Below are positions 52,601-62,000 of a stretch of DNA of 64,000 nucleotides, piece by piece. Under the pieces are notes generated by a model. It was not told the origin of the DNA. It did not search any database and worked only from the letters and a program-made list of their open reading frames with translations. The position numbers and the translations under genes are program-made. Source of the DNA: Octopus vulgaris (taxonomy: Eukaryota); contig OX597832.1 in the NCBI GenBank assembly GCA_951406725.2, forward strand, positions 1,302,001 through 1,366,000, in the 5' to 3' direction. Positions within the stretch are counted from its first letter, which is position 1. Every line of letters begins with the position of its first letter.

Positions 52601-55600
52601 CATACACTCACATGACTCATACACATATACATACATACATATATATCATCATCATCATCATCATCATCATTATCATTTAAAGTCTGCTTTTCATGCTGGC
52701 ATGGGTTGGACGGTTTGACTGAAGGCTGCACCAGGCTCCAATCTGATCTGGCAAAGTTTCCACAACTGGATACCCTTCCTAATGCTAACCACTTCGAGAG
52801 TGTAGTGGGTGCTTTTTACATGCCACTGGCACGAGAGCCAGTCAGGCAGAACTGGCCTCGACCACGCTTGAATGGTGTTTTTTTACATATCACTGACATG
52901 GGAGCCAGTCAGCTTGCACTGGCATCGACCACACTTGAATGGTGCTTTTTATATGTCACCGGTATGGGAGCCAGTTAGGCGGCACTGGCAATGATCACGC
53001 TCGAATGGTGCCTTTTATGTGCCACTGGCACGGGACCAGTCAGGTGGAACTGGCATTGACTATGCTCAAATGATGCTTTTTACATGTCACTGGCACAGGT
53101 GTCAATCAGGCGGTACTGTCATTGGACATGACAATGACTTCACTTGACTCAACAGGTCTTCGCAAGTGCAGTTATTGCCCTATGATTGAAGGATACTCTT
53201 AAATGGGCCGGTTATGCTGCACAGGCATAAGCCATGATTACGGTTTCACTTGGCTTGCCAGGTTATCTCAAGCACAGCATATCTCCAAAGGTCTCAGTCA
53301 CTTGTCACTTGTCATCACCTCCATGAGGCCCAACGATCAAAGGTTGTGCTTCACCACCTCATCCCAGGTTTTCCTGGGTCTACCTCTTCCAAAGTTCCCT
53401 CTACTGTTAGGATGTAACACTTTTTCATACAGCTGTCCTCATCCGTACACAATACATGACCATACCAGAGCAGTCGTCTCTCTTGCACACCAGATCTGAG
53501 GCTTCTCATGTCCAACTTTTCTTACAGAGTGCTTGCATTCTGTTGTGCATGCACTCTGACATTACACATCCAGCAGAGCATACTAACACACACACACATA
53601 TATATATATCCAAACCTACATGCATCCAAATGCACATACAACAAAACACATACTCACATAAAACACTATTCTGTCTGCCAACAATAGAGAAAAAAAGTTG
53701 TTGGCAGAATACATAGCAACAAAGATATATATTTACACCCTCATATCACCCTTACAACATCCCTATAAACACTATCTTTTGGGGGATTCCAAGCCCTTTA
53801 TATATCTTTTTGCTTCATCTTTAGTATGTGGGCTATAAAAACATCTATGTGAATTCTTTGATAAGTTGAGTTGTTGGGAGAAAGAGGTAGAATAAGGAAA
53901 AGAAAGAGAATAAAAAAGACAGAACAGTAAAAGATGAAGAGAAGATTTTTTTGCATGCTGTTGAAAAGAAAAAAGCATGTTAGAAAATATTTTCCTAGTT
54001 GGATCACTTGCTTTGTTCTAGGTGTCACTTGCTTTAAATTTGTCATATTTCATGTAGAAATATGATTAGCCAGGCATATAAGCATATATAGAAAGGTAAG
54101 AGGTCAAAAGGTAAGAAGTTGAAAGCTGGTCCAAATTCTGTGATTTGTATAATAGTTTGTACCCAAGCATTTATTCAACTGAGCAAATGATTTATTTTTA
54201 AGTAACAGTCATTGTAAATAAATATATATATAGATTTTATTTTTATTTTTCATCCCCTTTGAAATTACTTTTAACTGTGGTTTGGGCTTTGACTGCTCCT
54301 TTTAGCATGTAAGGTGTCCTGTTAGGGTCACCTCTTTTGTATTAATGTACACTAATTTTATATATTATTGGTCCTTTAAATATTTCAATCTCTCTGATTT
54401 AACTGAGCACAAACTCTTTCATAGGTAAAGATCTTATTTTATGTTTTAAAAACCCATGTGATAACGATCTATTTGATTTACCAAATTTATCCATATTCTT
54501 GATTATTTTCACAGTTATTTACTACACAAAGGCTATGCATTTCATTAAAACTATGATCATAAAATAAAGCAAATGGCTTCAGATATTGATTAATTAATAT
54601 TGATATTTATATGTAAGTACAGTTAAAGCAATAAGAAAATGAAATAATTATTAAAGACGGAACTGTTGATTTATTTCACAGGGTGGAATGAAAGCTGTTG
54701 TGTGGACAGATGTGTTTCAAAGTGCGATTATGTATTCAGGAATGGTGGCTGTCTTTATAAAGGTTTGTAAATCGCTTCAAATAGTTATAAAAATTACATA
54801 ACTGTGATTTCTTAGTCAAAAAGGACAGATAATATAAGGAAGTCAGTCCTCATATTTACAATGAAGAAAACAACAGAAAATATAAGTCAGCTCTATTGAC
54901 CTTTTCTCAGAAAATCTGCTACCTATTCATAACAACTTTTTAAACTGAGGCAATGTAAAATAAAATAAACTTACCATTTTATCTTTATAGCGAAATTCTC
55001 TATTCATTTATTTATATTGAGGAAACAAAACTAAAATAAAAAATGAAAACAAATTCTCAAAATTTTCTTGGATATCTTTCAGAGAAAATCTGTTTAAAAA
55101 AAATAGATATTTTCAGGAAAAATCTGTGTTTATTCATTATTGCTGGCTCCTTTAAAGTAAGAATCTATCAGCACCATCGTGATTCCTCATCAGTGTTTTA
55201 AATCTACTTTTCCATGATGGAATGGGTTGGACAACTTTTCTGAGGTAGTGTCTATGGCCATGTCTTTCCTGTTGTCAACCTTTTTAGCTGCCTCTTACAT
55301 GCAGAGACATGTATTCTAAAACCAATGAAAAATAATTCAAACATGAAGTTTTCTAAATATTGAAGGAGCAGATGTAATTGCTTCCATGTGGCGACAAAAC
55401 TTTAAATTTTTATTTGTTTTAGTCTTTGGATTGTGGCCATGCTGGTGCACCATCTTGATAGGTTTGGTTGAACAAATCTACCTCAGTACTTATTTTTAAG
55501 TCTGTTACCTATTCTATCAGTTTCTTTTTGCCAGACTGCTAAATTACAGGGATGTAACCAAAAAAACACTGGTTTTCAAGTGGTAGTGGAGGACAAACAT

Positions 55601-58274
55601 AAAGACACACACACACTCACAGAGGCTTCTTTTAGTTTTTGTCTACCAAATCCACCCATGAAACTTTGGACAGCCTAGGGCTATAGTGGGAGACTATAGT
55701 GGGAGTCACTTACCCAAGGTGCCATTCAGTGGGACTGAACCCAAGATCACATGTTTGGAAAGCAAGCTTCTTACTACACAGCAATGCATGGTTAATATCA
55801 TATAAGGCTTGTCATGAAAAGAAGAATGAATTGGTAGTATTTTTGAAAATTAAATATAAACTTATAAACATAATGAAAATCTCTAAAGAGAAACTTTAAG
55901 TATATTTTGAAATTTTGATAGGAAACAATTTCTTTTGCATTAAAATTTAAGACATGTTAAGTATGGAGGTCTCCAGGAGACATTACTAGAGAACGTAGAG
56001 CTGGTTTCTGTTACATAGAGAACCTTAATGTCTAGGTTGCATGTAACAGAAAATAAGAAAAAAATTGTAAAGCTATAACTCTACTGAAACTTGGAAAATA
56101 CTTCAGTACTTTGCATTGTATCACTGAATTACCATTATATTAATGATAATAGAACTGTTAAGAAGAAATAATTTAATTATTGTATATATCTTTGACTAGA
56201 AATATTGAAACTGAAGATAATTTTCATACTTCAATAGGGAAATACTTCTTATTTTTATTTATTTATTTTTTTGTAAGGAAAGTTAATTGAGCTAAACATC
56301 AAGATTAACTATAATAAATTGGTTTCTTCGCATTCAAATAATTCCAACCAATTTTTTTCTCAGGGCTGTATTGTCTTGGGAGGATTTGGCAGAATCTGGA
56401 ATATAGCTAAAGAACATAACCGACTTTACTTTGAGTAAGTATATTATATTTAAAAATTTATATTTGTTTCATTACTTATTATTAAATAACTTTCAAAAGG
56501 ATTTTCTATTTTAATTTATTAAAAAAAAAAATCAGAATAGAATGTACTTGCTACATGAGTTTTAAAATGGTTTTCTCATTCTCAGCACCATTATCTGTAT
56601 TGTGTCATTCATTAAATTTTGAATTTGTATCATTTATCTTTATTTCCATCTATTCAGGATCATATCTTCTATAGATCACTCATTTATCTCATTTAAGCAA
56701 CTCCCTCAATACCACAATATCACCCGCTATCTTACTGTAAATTTATTTTAGTTGAAAGTGAAGTGAAATATCTACAACTCAGCTCATCAAAACTTTGCCT
56801 TCCATTTTATGACACTTATTAATTCTGATTTTTCTTTTGTGACATGACTATGTTTAATTTTATACTTCTCTCTCCCTTTTTATTTTTCTCTTCCCTTTCT
56901 CAAATTAAATAACTCAGCTTGTCATTTCAATTTATTCTTTAAGTTCACTTTGTTTAAACATCTCTCTCACTCTTAATATTTAAATTTGTTGTCTCTAAAT
57001 CAGGAGTTTCTCTCATTGTCTAGAGGATTTATAATGTGTAGAACAAATTTTTTTACATTCTGTTGGCTTGTATTTCCTATTGATTTTCATCTCAAGACCT
57101 CTACACAGACTTCAAGGGATTATAAAATGCCATCATTGTCATCTTCATTATAATCATCATCATCATTTTACATCCACTTTTCATGCTGGTATGGATTGTA
57201 CAAGTCATCACAGTATGAATTATTATTTGGAATTACTGCTCTTCTAGATGGGTGTCATGTACACATCTTGCTTGTACAAATTATTTTTGGTTTGGTTAGT
57301 ATGGCTGGATAGCTTTCCTATCATTAATCATTGTACACAGTATACTTGATGCCTTTTATGGCACCAGTACTAGAAAAGTTATCATGTTTTGGACAAGACT
57401 AAAGGGTCCTCATGACCCTATGTTGCTTCTGTTTGTTTTCCAAACTCTTTATGCAGTCAGTATGTAATAAAGTATACTGGGCACACTTTATCATGGCCCT
57501 ACACAAGTGAACCTACTTTATATCATGTAAGGCTGGAGAGTCCTACTATTTTAGGATGTATTTGTACACATCAGAGAGTCAAAATGGTTAAGTTACTTCC
57601 TTGAGTTATGCTGACTCACAAGGACTAGTTTCCTAATTTCATGGTGTGTATATTCCGCACCTGGGTGGGATGCCAGTCCATTGCAGGATTACTAATTTTT
57701 GCCAGCTGAGTGAACTGGTGCAGTGTGAAATGAAGTGCTTCGCTCAAGAATACAATGCATCACCCAGTCAAGTAATCAAAACCACAGTCTTGTGATAAGG
57801 AATCCAATTCCCTAACCACTAAGCCACACAATCATAGAGTAATGTTCAAGAAACTGAATAGAAGAGAGAGTCATGATGGAAGAAGAATCAGCAAGAGTGG
57901 TGAGTCAGTTTTAAGAGTGTGTGTGTGTATGCATGGAGGCAGAGAGTGCTGAATAGTAATGGAGGTAGTGGAGGTGGTCAATGGTGATTGATGGATATCA
58001 ATAGCTAGTGACATTGGTGAGAGGTAATGATAACTGCAGTACAAATAGGGTGATGGGGTGGAAAAAGAGCTTCAATCTTTACCAGTAAAATACTACAACA
58101 AATAGAAAGCAAAAAAAATGGAAAGAAGGTGGATGAGGGAAAGAAGAATGCATGAGTAATAGTGAAATGAATGATGAAGAGATGAGAAGGTAATAAAGGT
58201 AAGAGAAGCAGTAGATGCAGACTTCACAAGGACATATTGGTGAGACCCAGACGTGTGCATATACATACATGCAT

Positions 58275-58314
<40 letters not shown>

Positions 58315-58334
58315 ACATACATACATACATGCAT

Positions 58335-58369
<35 letters not shown>

Positions 58370-58958
58370 TACACACACACTCACATACACACATGTGCAC
58401 ACACACACATATTAACATACAAATATACTTACAGGTGCAGACATAGCTGTGTGAATAAAAATACATGTAACCATGTGATTTCTGATTCTCTCTCACTGAA
58501 TAACTGCTTGGGCAAGTATATTCTAATATAGCCCTAGGCCAACTAAGGCCTACTGCATGAATTTATTTGATGGAAGCCAGTTGTGACATAATTCTCATCA
58601 TCCTTTAACATGCCTTTTTCTATGCTGGAATGGGTTGGACAGATCAACTGGAACCAGTGAGCCAAAAGGCTGTGTTAAACTTCAGTGTCTATTTTGGCAT
58701 GGTTTCTACAACTGGACGTCCTTCTAATGCCAACCCCTTTACAGAGTGTACTGAGTGCTTTTGTCATGGTACCAGCACTGGTGAGGTCACCAAGAACTTG
58801 CAAGACAAGACTGCTCAACTGAGTGAAATATAGTATTGGGAGATATTAAAGTATCATAGAAAGACAGGAACAGGTGTCTTGCTCAAGAGGGAACACCTGG
58901 CTTTCCCACCTGGAATGACAGAAAAATGTGAGGTCAAGATACAAGGTGAATATGAAAG

Positions 58959-58990
<32 letters not shown>

Positions 58991-58992
58991 AG

Positions 58993-59034
<42 letters not shown>

Positions 59035-62000
59035 GGATAGAAGAATAGAAATGGGGAGTGCACTAGATTGAAAAGAGTGTAACAAATGATTAGAGATGAG
59101 GGTTGAGGTGGATACAATAAATATCAGTTTGGTGGAGGTAGGGAAGTGAAAGAAAGGAAATATATGTAGGTTAGAGAGGAAGAGGTGACAAGGGACAGTA
59201 GTAGGGATAGAATGTGAAGTGTAGGGAGGAATAAGAGGTATCATTTACAGCAGCTGAGTGAATAGTATCACAGTTAGAAGATCAAATGGAGAGATGAGTG
59301 TTACAAGTGAGAGAAGACTTGACAGTACCTCCTTTTTACTGAGTTGGAGGGGTCTTTTCAAGTGCATTATATCATCACTCATTTCCATCTTTTGTCATTT
59401 CCTCCAAGAGATATTCTTAGGTGTTCCTCTTCCACAGGTTCCTTCTACATTTAGCAATGTGTACTTTACTTTATACAGCTGTCCTCATCCATCTGCATCA
59501 CAAGACGACAGATACAAGCACAGTCTTTTTTCTTGTGCATCACATTTGATGCTTCTTATGCTCAGTTCTCCTCTCAACACATTTGTACTTTGTAATGCAT
59601 GTACATTGATGCTGCATATCCATTGGAGCATGCTAACCTCATTTCTTCCTAGTCTTTTCATATCCTCTACATTCACAACTCAAGTTTTACATCTATGTAG
59701 CATTGCTGTTTTACACAGCTATAATATTACCTACCCCACACTCTGAGAGAGAAATAGAGAGGGAGAGAGACCTTTTGTTACCAACAGAGTAATACTTCTC
59801 TGAACTTTCTCTAGTTTTTTTTTTTTCAAGCAACTATTCTTTTAGCCCTGCTAACTAGTTCACCTATCCACTACCTCTAAGGATCCTCCTGAGCATTTAA
59901 GGAAATCTATTTCTGTGTGTTTATTGCACCTATGCATCTGCCACAAAGTCTACTTTCTCTGTTAACCTTCCTGTGATTCCACTGCTCCTCTGATGTATCC
60001 ATAGTTTGTACTGAGTACACCAAATGGGATTTCTACCAACACCTCTTCTACATATCAAACAGAGCCATTTACCAGAAGGGATTAGCTCCCTGTCTGTTTT
60101 CCTTCTAACTAGAACTTTTGTCTTCGCTAATTAACCTTAAGGAACTTTGATCCCAAGTTTTGCTTCTACACCAGAAGTGTCAAATAAGAAATCCCTTATT
60201 TACATTTGATGGATATTTGTCCTCATCTTGTTTGTTGTTAACACAACATTTCGGTTGATATACCCTCCAGCCTTCATCAGGTGTCTTGGGGAAATTTTGA
60301 ACCTGGGTTCTCATTCCTAAGGTAGTTTTGTCAATGTTATTATTACTATTATTATCATTCAGGTCACTGCCTGAAATTGAACTCGGAATCTTGGGGCTAG
60401 TAGCCCATGCTCTTAACCACTCCGCCACATGCCCTTGAAAAATAGGTATTAGTTAGTGATAGGAAGTGTAGCCAGCTGCAAAACAATAGACGCATAGTAA
60501 ATGGGTGTAAAACAAACAAATACATACATACATACATACATACATACATGATGGCTGACCCCCCATTATCGAGTATGGCCATTGCACGAAGCTTAACTGT
60601 TATTGGTGCTGAGATCGAATGTGACTTTTATTTGCTTTTTAAGGCTACAGCCAGCTATTCAGTTAAGACTCACAGCACTATCAACAATCATGAACAATGT
60701 TGCTATCGTGCAATGCCTGTGCAAGAAGATTTTTTTTAAAGTGAGGAAAGGCTGTGCACTGAGTCAATCCCACTCACTAAGCAACAGCAGCCATAAACCG
60801 AAAAGAAGAACAAGTCAACATCATCGGAAACCATTAAGCCGCAGGTTTTATGTCAGAGTTATTCCAGTTACCTGAGTAACAAAGGCTAGGAGTCCTTCAC
60901 TCCCAATGGTTTAACTGCACGATCGGGTATTCAGTCCGATTATTTCTATGTCCCCGCGCATGATACAACCTTAAGCCTTAAAAAAAAAAACACATTTATT
61001 GGATGGCCGTTGACTCTCAAGAGTTCCTCCGCCGTTTGATGGGATTTGTTTTTCATGCCTCAGGGTGTCCAATAAACACTCTCCTCACCAAGCAAGCTTG
61101 GTGGGGTTGCCGGTTTAGACGCCGACGGCCCGACCATGCAACAGGTTGTACTGGGTTACATGTTACCAGCAGTACACGAAAGTGACCTGACATAACATAC
61201 ATACATACATACATACATACAAGAAGAAGAAAAGAAAATGTGCACAGTTGTGGAAATTAGCTGCCCAACAGATGTTAACATAAAGAGAACACAGTGAAAA
61301 AGAGAACACAGTGAAAAAGAGAACACATACGCTGAACTATTGAGAAATCTGCAGTCACTCTATCCAGATTACAAGTTCAGGTTCATACCTGTAATTATTG
61401 GGGCCCTGGGATATGTAACACATTGCCTAAATTCCAATCTTGAGAAATTAGGTTTCTCAAAACCAGAAAGGAGAAAGCTAATTCGAAGACTACAGATTCA
61501 GTCCATCACTGGAACTGTAAAAATCTGTAAAACTTTCCAGAAGTTTATCATTTAAGTATATATGAGCATGTCTAGATATGCAACTATATGCATGAGAATA
61601 CATACATACATACAACAAAAATACCCTGTTGTTGATGTTGAAATTCCAATGAAGGAATTTCAACATCAACCGATTCTTTCTCTATTAGCAAGAAATCTTG
61701 AAATAAAACTGAACAATGACATATATACATGCATGCATGCATACATACATACATACATACATATATACATACATACATACATGCATACATACATGCATAC
61801 ATACACACACACACACATACATACATACATACATACATACATACACACATACATACATACATACATACACACGCACACACACACACACACACATACATAC
61901 ATACATACAGGAAGATAGTCTCTCTGAACATTTGTTCATTTTGACATTAAATCCAATATCATTCTTGCTATAAAAAACAAGTGGCTACATGCTAAGATCT

